Numbered from the stretch's first letter, positions 24,647 to 38,185 are shown. The stretch is 64,000 nucleotides of DNA from Malacoraja senta (GCA_038087875.1 CM075994.1:3598001-3662000), one strand, 5' to 3'. The notes: generated by a model not told the origin, from the sequence alone. Program-made: numbers and translations.

Positions 24647-25786
24647 ATGAAAAATACATCTCCAGGTCAGAGCCCACAGAGGAAAGTTACAAAACAATCG
24701 CTGAAGACTCTCGAACATCAAGAAACTGCAAAACGGACCTCTGGAGTGGTTTCTGGAATGGACACACGATCTAAGACTGAGATGACCACAAAAGAGAAAA
24801 CCGAATTGGAGGAGTTAAAAAACTCGGTAAGAGATTTGAAAAATGACTTGAAAGTTGGAAACATAAATTTGATGGCCGGTAATGAAAAAATACTTGCGGG
24901 CATTGGTGCTCTCCAAAAAAGAGTGGATGATGTGCAAGAAGAATTAACGGGGAAAATTAATAAGATGGCAGAAGAGACCACAAAGATGTTTGAGGCTGTG
25001 CATGAAACTGTTTCTGCAAATGTAACTGCAGTGAAAGATATGGAAGCTGTTGTGGAAGAGATGACCGGAGAGATGCAGACGATGAAGTTAGAAATAGACA
25101 GCCTCAAGAGCCATCTTACAAAAGTGTCTGATAAATGTGTTGACCTAGAAGCTCGCTCAAGAAGTCAAAATATACGTATACGTGGAGTAAAAGAGGGAGC
25201 TGAGGGGGACAATGCTTGTGAGTTCACTGCCAATCTAATTAAACACGTACTCAAACTACCTGAGGCACCTGTAATTGAAGTAGCACATCGACTACCCAGA
25301 TTTAAACCAAGATCTCAAGGAGCACATGCCTACCCACGACAGATCATAGTTAAACTTCGGGATATCCCAACAATGGAAGCGCTGATGAAAAAAATCAAAT
25401 ACGGAGAGGAGATGATGTACAGAAATGATTCTATTAAACTCCTACGGGATTACCCTTACGAGATTGTGCAAAAGAGAAGAAAGTTCTCACAGACCAGTGA
25501 AGTTCTTTACGGTGTCAAGGGTGTCATATGTGGAGTGTATTATCCAGCCAGGATGCATATTACTTTCATGGGAAAGTCAAAAACATTCATTAACTCGGTA
25601 GAATCTCTTAAATACGCTCAAGAAATCGTGGCCAATCAGCAACAAGTGAAGATTGATCACCAAGACGTCATGAACAAATTAATTTGTTTATTCCCCCATC
25701 AGGAATATCACAAGAAAAGTGAAATAACTGAACATCAATCTTTTAAAATTATTACACGCAACAGATTTTCCAGGAGACGTGTCTAG
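24647..25786 (+). CDS. L1 ORF1p (coiled coil plus RRM/CTD), open
   Basis: ATG at 24647 in frame with ORF 24290..25786; DLEARSRSQNIRIRGVKEG, IEVAHR, PRQIIVK, YPARMHI. Confidence 0.9.
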   Translation: MKNTSPGQSPQRKVTKQSLKTLEHQETAKRTSGVVSGMDTRSKTEMTTKEKTELEELKNSVRDLKNDLKVGNINLMAGNEKILAGIGALQKRVDDVQEELTGKINKMAEETTKMFEAVHETVSANVTAVKDMEAVVEEMTGEMQTMKLEIDSLKSHLTKVSDKCVDLEARSRSQNIRIRGVKEGAEGDNACEFTANLIKHVLKLPEAPVIEVAHRLPRFKPRSQGAHAYPRQIIVKLRDIPTMEALMKKIKYGEEMMYRNDSIKLLRDYPYEIVQKRRKFSQTSEVLYGVKGVICGVYYPARMHITFMGKSKTFINSVESLKYAQEIVANQQQVKIDHQDVMNKLICLFPHQEYHKKSEITEHQSFKIITRNRFSRRRV

Positions 25787-26910
25787 ACATTATTATCTCC
25801 CCTTGAACATTGCGGCATCTAACTCAAGGACACTCTGTGCTCAAACGAGGAAAGACTGATAACATGGGACTGACGATCTGATGTGCTGAGAGCGAAAAAC
25901 ATCACATGGCTTATATAGTTTTATAAAATATTGAGAATCAATAATAATTAATAATTAACAATACTAATATAGAAATAGCAATTGAAACTGATAAAAATGT
26001 GTTGCCTGCTTTATAACACAGACAACAGTAATTACATATGTTCCGCAGCTCGAGTGGGGAGGGGAGGAGATTAGGCACCTGGCATAATTCCAGGAGCCTG
26101 ACTCCGGTTAACCCTTTCAGCGAACAGCTCACTTTTAACAATACTAAAACCAATTCAAAATAGTTAAGAGATAAAGAGTGAGGAATATATGTAACTGAAT
26201 ACATTTGAAGTCGGAATGAAACATATATATGGCTTATAGAGTTTTACAAAATATGGAGAATCAATAATAATTAATAATTAACAATACTAATATAGAAATA
26301 GCAATTGAAACTGATAAAAATGTGTTGCCTGCCTTATAACGCAGACAACAGTAATCACATATGTTCCGCAGCTCGAGTGGGGAGGGGAGGAGACTAGGCA
26401 CCTGGCATAACTCCAGGAGCCTGACTCCGGTTAACCCTTTCAGCGAACAGCTCACTTTTAACAATACGAAAACCAATTCAAAATAGTTAAGAGATAAAGA
26501 GTGAGGAATATATGTAACTGAATACAATTGAAGTCGGAATGAAACATATATATATACTGCAACTGGGTGAAATAGAACTGATTTGGAAATGGTACCGACC
26601 CCCTAGGTTTTGGGTAATAAAGGCAGCGGGGCTAACATCATAACATCTACGCCGGAAGCGATATCGATGTCGTACCCCACAGACGAGTGGGACACTCACT
26701 ATGGTGTTGAAATCTCAGACACCGTAAACTTATTTGATATACTTTTATTTTTTATTTTTATCACAATACGTCACATCTATGTGTTTTCTTTCCAAGGACA
26801 ATCGCGGAGGAGAACTACCAAGGAAGTCTATAATAGAAATGCCCCCAAAATAACCAGAGTCCTGAGGTATGAATGCACCATAATAAATAAGATCATTAAA
26901 ATTGGTAAAA

Positions 26911-29900
26911 ATGTACGTTGATAATCAAAAGAAAATGGGAGGAATCACACTATGTAGCTGGAATATAAGGGGTATTAATGAACCTATTAAAAGGGGCAAG
27001 ATACTAGCTCAGTTGAAATCATACAACACGGACATTTCGTTTCTACAGGAAACGCATCTTAAACATCAAGATCAGACGAGACTGAGGGCGAACTGGATAG
27101 GACAAACATTTCACTCTTCATTCACCTCCAAATCTAGAGGTACTGCAATCATCATTCGTAAAGGAATTCCATTTAAATCAAAGAATACTATTTTAGATAA
27201 GGAAGGGAGATACCTTATAGTAGCAGGAGAGATCAATAATACGCCAATTACGCTGGTAAACATATACGCGCCCAATTTCGATAACCCTCAATTTTTTAAT
27301 AAAATTCTGAATATAATTGCAGAATTTAATTATCAAAATGTTATAATTGGAGGAGACTTTAACTGTGTTTTAGACCCTTATCTAGATAAATCGATGCAAA
27401 AACAAAAAGGTAATATGAAATCTAAAACCAGTGAACTTTTACATACATATATGGAAAACACAAATATAGCAGATGTGTGGAGGATTGCAAACCCGACGGG
27501 AAGGGATTATTCGTTTTATTCAACGGTGCATAAAACATACTCACGGATAGACTATTTTCTTGTGGATACAAAATTAATTCCGCACACTATGAACGCTAAA
27601 TACCACACTAATGCGATCTCAGACCACTCTCCGTTAACTTTTGTTTTAAAACTAGATTTATTCATAGACATTCCTTCTAGTTTTAAAACAAAAGTTAACG
27701 GAATTATATTCAGAATTTTATTAAAATTTAAAGACCCACAAGGGAGTATATATCTAAAAAAACAGATGGATCTATTTTTTGAGATAAATGATACACCAGA
27801 TATTTCCCCCACGCTATTATGGGAATCCTTCAAAGCATTTATTAGAGGAGTCATTATTTCATTCCAAGCTTTTCAAAATAAAAAGAATAAGAATGAACAA
27901 AGACATTTAGAAGAACAAATAAAATAATTAGATACAGATAATGCTAAAGATCCAACTATGGATAAACATAATAAAATCCTACTATTGAAATTCAAGCTAA
28001 ATAAATTACTGTCAGAGAAAGTTATAACATTATTTCAAATCACAAAACAAGAACACTTCGAATTCGGGGACAAACCCCACAAACTCCTAGCACGGCAACT
28101 GAAAAAACGGGAAAAAGAGAATGCAATATTAAAGATTAAATCAGACAGAGGGGAATTATTAACGCTACCCAAGGATATCAATAAAAGATTTGCTCAATTT
28201 TAACAGAATCTATACAGAATTTTTAGATAACTGTAACCTACCACAATTAGAACTGAGGGAACAAGATGAACTGGGAGCACAAATTACTTCTAAGGAGATA
28301 GAAGACACAATAAAAACACTAAAGAATGGAAAAACACCAGGACCAGACGGATTCAGTAATGAATTTTATAAATCTTTTTATGACATAGTTACTCCACGAT
28401 TACAGAAAATGTATACACATGCTTTTAAAGAGCAAAACTTACCTGAAACACTAGCAGAATCAACGATCATATTAATACTTAAAAAAGATAAAAATATAGA
28501 AGAACCAGGATCATATAGAGCTATTGCTTTGTTAAATACGGATCAAAAAATAATAGTGAAAACACTAGCCAGTAGACTAAGCAGGTATGTTAGTAGACTA
28601 ATAAATGAGGATCAAACAGGATTTATACCTAAGAGACATTCATTTAATAATTTGAGACGTTTGCTTAACATAATGCACTCACATAAATCTCAGGACCAAG
28701 AGTTATCTATCATCTCATTGGACGCAGAAAAAGCGTTTGATCAAGTAGAATGGGACTATATGATTAAAGTATTGCAAAAATTCCAATTGGGAGAGAACTT
28801 CATTGCATGGATAAAACTATTATATAACAAACCTACGGCTAGAATACTAACTAATAATATATTATCCTCGAAATTTGAACTATCAAGGGGCAATAGAAAA
28901 GGATGTTCATTATCACCGCTGTTATTTGCTTTAGTAATTGAACCCCTTGCTGAAAAAATAAGAACACACATGGATATTTACGGTTATAATACAAAATATT
29001 CAAATAACAAAATATCCCTATATGCCGATGATGTACTATTGTACATCACAAAACCACAAATTAGTATACCAAATATATTAAATTTAATTGAGGACTTTGG
29101 ATCCTTCTCAGGATATAGAATAAACTGGAACAAAAGTGAAATTATGTCGATAAAACCAAAAGACTCAACACACCTCAGGAAATTCCCCTTTAAAATAGCT
29201 ACAGAAAAATTCAAATATTTGGGAATTGAAATTACTAGAAATTACCAGGATATGTTTAAAGCCAATTATAATCCCTTACTTAAGAAATTAAATAATATGA
29301 TTAAATTCTGGAAAACACTTCCGATGTCCTTAATAGGCAGAATAAATGCTATAAAAATGATTTTCTTACCACAAATCCTATACCTATTTCAATCAATACC
29401 TATATATCTCCCAAAAAAGTTTTTCAAAAAATTGGACTCAGACATTACAAATTTTATATGGGATTATAAATCCCATAGAATACAAAGAGCACACCTTAAT
29501 AAACGAAAAGAGTTGGGGGGTCTCGCGCTCCCTAACTTTATGTATTATAATTGGGCAGTAAATATTAAAAATATGATTCACCTGCTGGACAATTCTGCCC
29601 AGCAGGCGGACTGGATTATAATGGAAAAAGGGGACTGTTCCCCGAGTAATATAGGAGCGATTATTCTCTCTCCAATAAATTTGAATAATAAAAATTATAA
29701 TAAAAACCCAATTATAAATAGCACAATTAGAACATGGAAACAAATAAAACAGAATCTAAAATTAAGAAACCTATCTCTCTCAATACCAATAGTTAATAAC
29801 CCATCGTTTAAACCTTCAACCATAGACAAATCATTTATACAATGGGAAAGAATGGGAATCAAAACGCTCGAAGATCTGTATGAATTGGGAAAATTACTAT

Positions 29901-30691
29901 CATTTCAACAACTACAACTGAAATATAATTTGAAAAATAATCAATATTTTAAATATCTACAAATTCGTGATTACCTGAAAAAATACACAAAAGACTATCA
30001 TAATATGCCTTCCGACTTACTAGATGAAGCAATGAAGACAAAGGCGGAATCAGCTAATCTAATATCGTACTTATATAATATCATTTCAAACATAGAAATA
30101 CCCACAACAGATGGAATTAGAAGAGACTGGGAACAAGAATTAGCTATAAAAATTTCAAAAGAGAGCTGGGATAACCATTTACTACAGGTGCATAAATGTT
30201 CGATCAACGTACGACATACGCTCATCCAATTCAAAACATTACATAGACTATATTATTCAAAAACTAAATTAAATAAAATCTTTCCTAATGTTTCACCAAT
30301 CTGGGATAAATGTCTATGTCAAGAAGCTACCATAGCGCATTCTTTTGTTTTTTGTACAAAAATCCAAAAATTCTGGTATGAAATATTTGATATTTTCTCA
30401 AAATTAATTAAAATAAAACTGGTACCAAAACCAGAATGGATCATTTTTGGAATATCGGAAGGTATCCCTGAATTAAACGTGTATCAGAAGAACTTATTCA
30501 ATTACGGGCTAATAATGGGAAAAAAGCTCATACTTAAATTCTGGAAAAATGCGCCCACACCAACAATAAAAATGTGGACATCAAATATGTTGGAAACATT
30601 ACATCTGGAAGAGATGAGATTCCTCTTAGCAGGTAAAGCAGACCAATTCCAAAAGACGTGGTCTACGTTTCTGGACCTATTACAAGCATGA
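26911..30691 (+). pseudogene. L1 ORF2p (APE endonuclease, RT, Cys-rich domain), disrupted
   Basis: Three ORF pieces; stops near 27927 and 28203 and a frameshift near 28200; YADD at about 29021. Confidence 0.95.
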
Positions 30692-31075
30692 GGTGCAATA
30701 GTAATTTAAAAAATAAATAAATAAAGAAATGGTATCAGGACCTGGTAATGGGAGGTAAAACAATAAAAACAGACTTGGTTGGTGGTTCCCTTTCTGCGAT
30801 TGTTCCTACTCTCTTTTTCTTTCTTTTCTAGGAACTACTTTCTTACTTTACTTCCTTCTCTAACTTCTTTTCTAAGGGGCTTTCTTTTCACAACACTCTC
30901 TTGCACTTCACGACTCTTGCGCACTTTCTTTACTTTTCTTACTTCTATCTTTCTCTTAAAGCTCAAAAAAATGAAGCGGTATAAAAAATGTATTAAGATA
31001 TAAGTGTTGTGTATTACTGTAATTTACCGTACTTCTAATAAATATAATTAAAAAAAAAAAAAAAAAAAAAAAAAA

Positions 31076-31520
31076 GGGAGCAAAACTGTACACAATACTC
31101 CAGATGTGGTCCCACCAGAGCCCTACACAACTGCAGAAGAACCTCTCTACCCCTATACTAAAATCCTCTTGTTATGAAGGCCAACATTCCATTAGCTTTC
31201 TTCACTGCCTGCTGTACCTGCACGCCAACTTTCAGTGACCGGTGTACAAGGACATCCAGGACTCGCTGTACCAGCCCCTTACCTAACCTAACCCCTTGAG
31301 ATAATAATCTGGTTCCTTGTTTTTGCCACCAACGTGGATAACCTCACATTTATCGATATTATACTGCATCTGCCACGCATCTACCCACTCACTCAACCTG
31401 TCCAGGTCACCCTGCAACATCCTAACAGCCTCTTCACAGTTCACACTGCCACCCAGCTTTGTGTCATCCGCAAACTTGCTAATGTTGCTCCTAATTCCCT
31501 CTTCCAGATCATTAATATTA
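31076..31520 (-). mobile_element. CR1/HER1 RT fragment
   Basis: INDLEEGIRSNISKFADDTKLGG. Confidence 0.9.
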
Positions 31521-31524
31521 AACA

Positions 31525-32015
31525 TTAACCATTAAACTCACTGACAAAGGCCTGGTATTGTTCATGCAAAGATGTCAGATTGTTTTGTCTTCCCTCTGCT
31601 TGGCTGAGATCTGCAATATCTCCAGAAATGGTTGCACCTTTTGCAACCATGACAAATTTGGCCAAAAACGGGGCAACTCTCCCTCCTTGCAAAATAAGAG
31701 CAATTGCAATTTGTGCACTTTGTAATAAATCTTGTCCCAGGCTTATCAAACTGTGCTTGCATTGTTATATTTTGCTTCGTTCGCCTATCAAATGAAGCCT
31801 GGACACTATCAATTCCCATGGAGGAATGTTGTGCTTTGTGTTAGCCTTCTGGCGTGAACAGCAGACCGTTCATACTTTTCGCAGACAGCGACAGCCTTAT
31901 CAAAAGTTATGGCACGGTCACAGACAAGCTTCCTTCTTAGTTTGTCGTTAATAAGACCGCACACTAATCTGTCTCTAATAAATTCATCTCGAAGCTCGCC
32001 AAATCTACAGCTTCC
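31525..32015 (-). mobile_element. Gypsy gag fragment
   Basis: CRFGELRDEFIRDRLVCGLINDKLRRKL and zinc-knuckle region CTNC...CPVFGQICHGCKRCNHFWRYC. Confidence 0.8.
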
Positions 32016-32019
32016 GTCA

Positions 32020-35000
32020 GCTTTTTTAATGGCACACAGACCTTGAGAATCTCAATGATATCTGTTGTTTTGAATTCCCGCTCTGTTGTTTTTGATTCCA
32101 TTCTGGAAGCATACGGCATTACGTCAACACGTCTTAAAGGGATAGTGAGCCAGTATGTCTAAGGCTCAGCCACAAGAGGGAGATGTGGAACATGAATCTG
32201 GAAAAGAAAGAACCATTAAACACACCGACAAAGGCCAGGTATTGTTCACGCAAAGATGTCAGAAGTCAAGTAACACGGTATGTAAAGAAGATAACAATTG
32301 AAAAGCTGAAGGAACTCATGAAATCAGATGAGAATGCGAAGGAAGTACAATCTAACCCGGTTCAATTAATCAAGCTCTGCAATGAAGTCAGATAAAACCA
32401 CGGGTGAAAGTACCACTGCCTGAAATGGAGCTGGAGAAGCAGAATCAGTGGTTTAAAGAAAGAACAGATTTATTTAATGGTTTTATACAAGATGTGGAGA
32501 GATGGTTATCTGAAGTTGGACAGCAAACTGCACACTCCATTGTTGAAGGTGCCTTACAACAGAGTGTTGTGGAGTCAGAAATTGGACCTAATGACAGTAT
32601 TTCAAATGTCTCAAGACGAAGATCGTGACAAATCTAGTTCTTCATCATGTGAATCTTCAAAGGCCACTGCTCACAAAGCTCAGGCAGAAGAGGCTTCTTG
32701 CTTAGTACGGGTTGCCACCCTGAAGGAAAAGCACAAGCTTGAGGCACAAAAGGACCAAATGGAAAAGAGAGACTGTGCTGGCAGCAACCAATGCCGAGTT
32801 TGAGCTTGAGCTTGAGGCACAAGAAGCACAATTGAAAAGAGCGACAGCACTGACAGCAACCAATGCCAAGCTTGAGCTTGCGCTTGAGGCACAGGATAAA
32901 TATTTCAAGAGTCAAGAGAGTTTATTGTCATATGTTCCAGATAGGACAATGAAATTATTGCTTTGCAGCAGCCCAATGGAATACAGTTAAACGGTATGTT
33001 AAAAGAGAGATGCAACAGTTGGAACTAGAGATGGAGCTGGTGACAACTGATGCAAGGTTTAATATACATGAGGCCAAGAGATCAAGAAGAAATCGTCACA
33101 CATCGGAGAGGTGTCCACTGATCAAGACGAAAGGGCACATGGAAAAGACTTCAAGAGTCGTATGACTTATGATATATGCAAACAAGATCATCCTGAAATA
33201 CTTCACACTGACCAGAAGAACACAGAGAATAAGCCGGAGCGTGCAGAACAGAATGACAAGTCAACTGTGAGTGATGCTGTTTCCTCATCTAAGATGTGTG
33301 CGCATACTGGGGCTAGTGATGAATCTTGCATCTTCTCCATCTTACCAGTACAGGTAAATAGCCGCAAGGGCAACACGGTGTTGCAAACATACGTATTTTT
33401 GGATCATGGAAGTTCAACAACCTTTTGTACAGAAAGCTTGATGAGAAGGCTGAACATTACAGGACAAAAGACTAAGATTCTCTTGCGTACCATAAATGAA
33501 GAGAAGCCTGTGATCAGTCATCATATCTCGGGTTTGGACATATCTAGTCTGGACAAAGTCAATTTTATACAACTATCTGATGTGTTCACACATAAGACCA
33601 TGTCTGTTTCTCATCTAAAGATTCCCAGTCAGGAAGATCTGAAACAATGGCCTTACATGAAGGATATCAAGATTCCTAAAATAGACTCTGGCATCGACCT
33701 ACTCATCGGAACAAATGCTCCAAAGTTATTGGAACCTTGGGAGCTGGTCAACAGCCAAGGGGATGGACCATTTGCCGTGAGGACCCTACTCGGATGGGTC
33801 ATCTATGGTCCCCTGAGAAGAGACAACGAAAGCAGGGATGAAAATAGCTGCCCTGCTGCTACTATCAATCGAATATCCACTGTAAACATAGAAGAGTTAC
33901 TGGTCAAGCAACACAATCACGATTTCAGTTAAATAACTAGTAAGGAAGCAGAAGAAATGCCCAGAGAAGAGGTAAAGTCCTTGGATATTATGTATCAGTA
34001 AAGATGATAGATGAACACTATACTTTAGATATTCCTTTCAAACAAGAAAGCGTCATTTTGCCGAATAACAGTTGCATTGAAGTGCAGCGCATCCAGAGCC
34101 TGAACGCAGGTTTGGCAAGAATAAGAAATTTCATGATGAATACACATATTTCCTTACAGAAATGGTTGATAATGGTTATGCAGAAATTGTACCAGCGGAC
34201 CAGCTGAATCGAAGTGATGGAGAGCTCTTGTACATCCCACACCAAGGGGTGGATCACTCACGGAAAGGAACCTTAAGGGTGTTATTTGACTGTGGGGCAG
34301 TCTTGAAAGGAATATCACTTGACTGCCAACTGCTGCAGGGTCCAGACTTTACCAACTCACTTATTGGAGTTATCATCAGATTCAGACAAGAACCGTTTGC
34401 TTTGATGGATGTTATCAAAGCAATACTTCATCACGTCAATGTATCAGAAAAGCATATTGACTATTTGCAGTTCCTGTGGTGGCCTGAGGATGATGCACAG
34501 CAAGTTCTTGTTGAATACCGGGTGAAGGTACATCTTTTTGGAGCAGTGTCATCACCAAGTTGTGTAAACTTTGCATTAAGGAAGACTGCTGAAGAAAACG
34601 AAGCTCATTTCCCAGCAGAGGTGACAAACACCATAAAGAACAACTATGCAGATGATTGTTTAAAGTCCATGTCTTCGGAACAGGAAGCAATTCAAATGGC
34701 ACACATCTGACTTCCCTCTGCCAAATGGGGGGATTCATGGTGTCAAAGTAGATCAGCAACAGCCGTGCTGTATTGTCATCCATTCCACAAGAAAAACATA
34801 GCCAAGGAGACCAGAAAGTTGGACTTGGACAAATAAAATCTGCCTATGAAAAGGACACTGGGATTGCACTGGTGCGTTGAAGCAGATGTGTTCAAGTTCA
34901 GAATTGCGGTACATGAATGGCCATACATTAGACGGGGCATCTTGTCCGTAGTTAGCCCTTTACATGATCCTTTATGATATCTAGCACCATTTACTCTGCC

Positions 35001-37485
35001 AGCCAAGCTGAATATGCAAGAGCTCTGTAAGGAAAGGCTCAGGTGGGATGAGAGCATAACGCAAACCTTCACTCAGCGATGGACAGGATGCCTAGCAGAT
35101 CTCAACAAGATGTCGTAATTTAAAGTGTAATTTGGGTGCATAAAGCCTGCAAACTTTGGTCAAATCTGATTTGTACAGCTGCATCACTGTTCAGACACAA
35201 GAGAAAGTGGTTACGGTACTGTTTCATATCTAAGACTGGAAAATGATAACAAAGATGTGCATGTTGCATTCATAATGGGAAAAACCAAGATGGCACCATT
35301 GAACAAATGACGATTAACAGAATGGAGTTTACAACTGCAGTCGTAGCTGTCAGAGTGGAGATAATGCTGCTTACAGAAAAGGAATTACAGCTACCTCTGG
35401 ATCAATCCATATTTTGGAACGATAACACAACCGTGCTTAAGTACATCAACAACAAAACCAAATGCTTTCAAACATTTGTAACAAACAGGATCTCCGTTGT
35501 AAGGTATGCTACTGATGTATTACAGTGGAGATATGGTGGCACAAAGGAAAATCCTGCAGATGAAGCCTCTAGAGGACTAACAGCAGACGGCCTCTTAAGT
35601 AGTAAGAGATGGATCAAGGGACCAGGGTTTCTCTGTAAGCCAGACAGAGGGTGGCAAAAGCTTAACCTGGAATCTGCGATCTTGCTAATGATCCGGAAAT
35701 CATGCAAGACATCACAGTGAACGTCATTGTCAAAGATCCATTAGACTCAAGAAACTATTTAATTACCTATTTCTCACCATGGATTAAGCTGAAGACTGTG
35801 GTAGCTTGGTTTGTTAAGCTCTTGCTGCTTACTCCAAAAAGAACGGAGATTACTACGAATAGTTATGAAGAAGTTCCTGGCAAATTAGAGGAAAAGGTTG
35901 ATAAAGAGATGCAAATCTTTAAAGCATCACTCCGCGGGCAGTCTTTATGTCCTGAAAATCTTCTCAAATCAGAAAACACAGTTATCTCTTTCTGTCAAAG
36001 ACAACGATTCAAAGAAGAGCTATGAATATTAGAAGCTGGTAAAAAAGGTATTAAAATAAGTAGTCATTCTAAGTGTAGGTGGTCGCCTGAATAGACTAGC
36101 GATGCCTGAAGAGGCAAAACATCCTATTATTCTCTCGAAGGACCTTCACATATCAACACTACTGTTTCGACATATTCATGGATATCTCGGACATGGTGGA
36201 AGAAATCATATGCTGTCTCGGCTTCGTAAAATATACTGGATATCAAAGCTAACCACTGCAAAGAAGGTCATAACAGATTGTGTCATGTGTAGACGACAGC
36301 GGGGATCAGTTGGAGAACAGAAAATGGCAGACTTGCTCCTGGATAGAATTCTACTTGACAAGCCTCCATTACAGATGTAGGTGGGGGCGCAGCAAGCTGG
36401 CAGCCCTGCCAGCAGCGTGTTGGTGTTTTTCTAGTTTTTTTGTTTTTTTAGTGTGTCTGAATGTGTGTGTTTTAATGTGTCTCTGTGTGTCTTGTGTGGG
36501 GGTGATGTGGGGGGGGGCGGGTAAGGGGGAAACCGCTCTGGTCGCCTCCTCCACGGAGTGGCCACTTGTTCCATGTCGCCTCCCCCGCGGCCTAACAGCA
36601 AGGATCGGTGCGGCCTTTCCAGGAGACGCGCGCGGGGCTTTTCGCGCTGGGGGCGCCGGAGGGGAGCGTTCCGTTCGCTGGCCCGCGGCAACCTGAAGCC
36701 GCGGTCTGCAGAGCTCCAGCTGGCGGCGTCCTGGGCCTGCGATTTCTCGTTGGGGACCCGGGAGGACCCGGGAGGAGAAGAGCTCCGACCGCCGGCCCGC
36801 GGTCAACTTCTACCACGGGCGCGGCGTGGACTTACCATCCTGAGCGGGGTCCCTCGCTGGGGATCCCTGGAGCAGAGCTCCGACCGCCGTCCCTGCGGTC
36901 TGCGGTGCTTCTGGCTGCGGCGCGGCAGGGACTTTAAATCTTCGACCGCCGGCCTGCGGCCTACACCAACTTGAAACCGCGGTCTCCGGTGGGGAGGCAC
37001 CGATTCAGGACTTATCTAGACTTACCTTGTCTTAACATCTTGACGCCCACAGCGGCGACTGCGGAGGGTTGATGTCCGGACCACGGGGGGAAATGGAGGA
37101 GGACTGGCCAATTTTTGTGCCTTCCACCACAGTGATGAATGCTGTGGTGGATGTTTGTGCAAATTTTTATTGTGTTTTTGTCTGTTCTTTTTTTATTGTA
37201 CCGCTGCTGGCAAATTCATTTCACTTGCACTTTATGTGCAAGGGACGAATAAAACTTGACTTGTCTTGACTTGACTTGAGTGTAGACTGCTTCGGTCCTA
37301 TAGAGATCGAGGGAGGACGAAGTCTATTTAAAAGGTATGGTGTAATATTCACCTGCACGGCGAGCAGGGCAGTACATCTTGAAGTTGCATCTGAACTTGA
37401 CACAGACTCCTGCATTTTTGCCTTTCGAAGATTCATCTGTCGACGAGGTCAAGTTTCATCTTTAAGATCAGACAATGGCGCAAAT
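32020..37485 (+). mobile_element. Decayed BEL/Pao LTR retrotransposon (gag-PR-RT-RH-IN), 3'-truncated
   Basis: FLDHGSSTTF (protease), AVRTLLGWVIYGP, LRVLFDC, LLQGPD, VHLFGAVSSPSC, YADD, ENPADEASRG, HGYLGH..CVMC, VDCFGP, AVHLEV, SDNGAN. Confidence 0.93.
36380..37278 (+). mobile_element. GC-rich non-autonomous retroelement of about 900 bp inserted in the BEL integrase
   Basis: Splits ...TDV/GVDCFGP; ends AATAAAA(CTTGA)n; no recognisable protein. Confidence 0.85.
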
Positions 37486-38006
37486 TTGAGGAAGGACATC
37501 CTTGTGATTGAGGCAGTGCAGCGTAGCTTCACCAGATTGATCCCAGGGATGGCGGGACTGTCATATGAGGAAAGATTGAAAAGACTGGGCTTGTATTCAC
37601 TGGAGTTTAGAAGGATGAGGGGGTATCTTATAGAAATATAAAATTATAAAAGGACTGGACAAGCTAGATGCAGAAAAAATGTTCCCAATGTTGGGCGAGT
37701 CCAGAACCAGGGGCCACAGTCTTAGAATAAAGGGGAGGCGATTTAAGTGAGAAACAACTTTTTCAGCCAGAGAGTTGTGAATTTGTGGAATTCCCTGCCA
37801 CAGAGGGCAGTGGAGGCCAAATCACTGGATGGATGTAAGAGAGATTTAGATAGAGCTCTAGGCGCTAGTGGAATCAAGGGATAAGGGGAGAAGGCAGGCA
37901 CGGGTTATTGATTTGGGGACGATCAGCCATGATCGCAATGAATGGCGGTGCTGGCTCGAAGGGCCGAATGGCCTCCTCCTGCACCTATTTTCTAAGTTTC
38001 TATGTT
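37485..38006 (+). mobile_element. CR1/HER1 3' fragment
   Basis: [22 protein letters not shown] plus tail. Confidence 0.9.
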
Positions 38007-38157
38007 TAATAGGCCTGCATCGGTGAAGGATCAATACAACTTATTAAACTTTGATCCGTTCGGATGTCTGTGCATATTTAGGTGAAGTTCCAGCAAGGTT
38101 ATCAATTTTGACAAACATTTCTCCACTGATATCGATTGACATGAAGATATCGATTGA

Positions 38158-38185
38158 CTGATGAAGGGTCTCGACCCGAAACGTC
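38158..38185 (+). ncRNA. Minimal type I hammerhead ribozyme motif (Penelope pLTR type)
   Basis: CTGATGA-A-GGGTC(TC)GACCC-GAAA-CG-TC: intact catalytic core, stem II and palindromic ACGT in place of helix III; activity not shown. Confidence 0.75.

Larger units (their letters stand above)
24518..31075 (+). mobile_element. Near full-length L1 LINE (family b)
   Basis: 5'UTR, ORF1, spacer of about 1.1 kb, ORF2, T-rich 3'UTR, AATAAA at 31037, poly(A) 31050-31075. Confidence 0.97.

Noticed and set aside
36369..37000. Overlapping GC-rich ORFs (also 53929-54660 and 2550-3507)
   Set aside because: Expected from stop-poor GC-rich repeat sequence; no protein motifs
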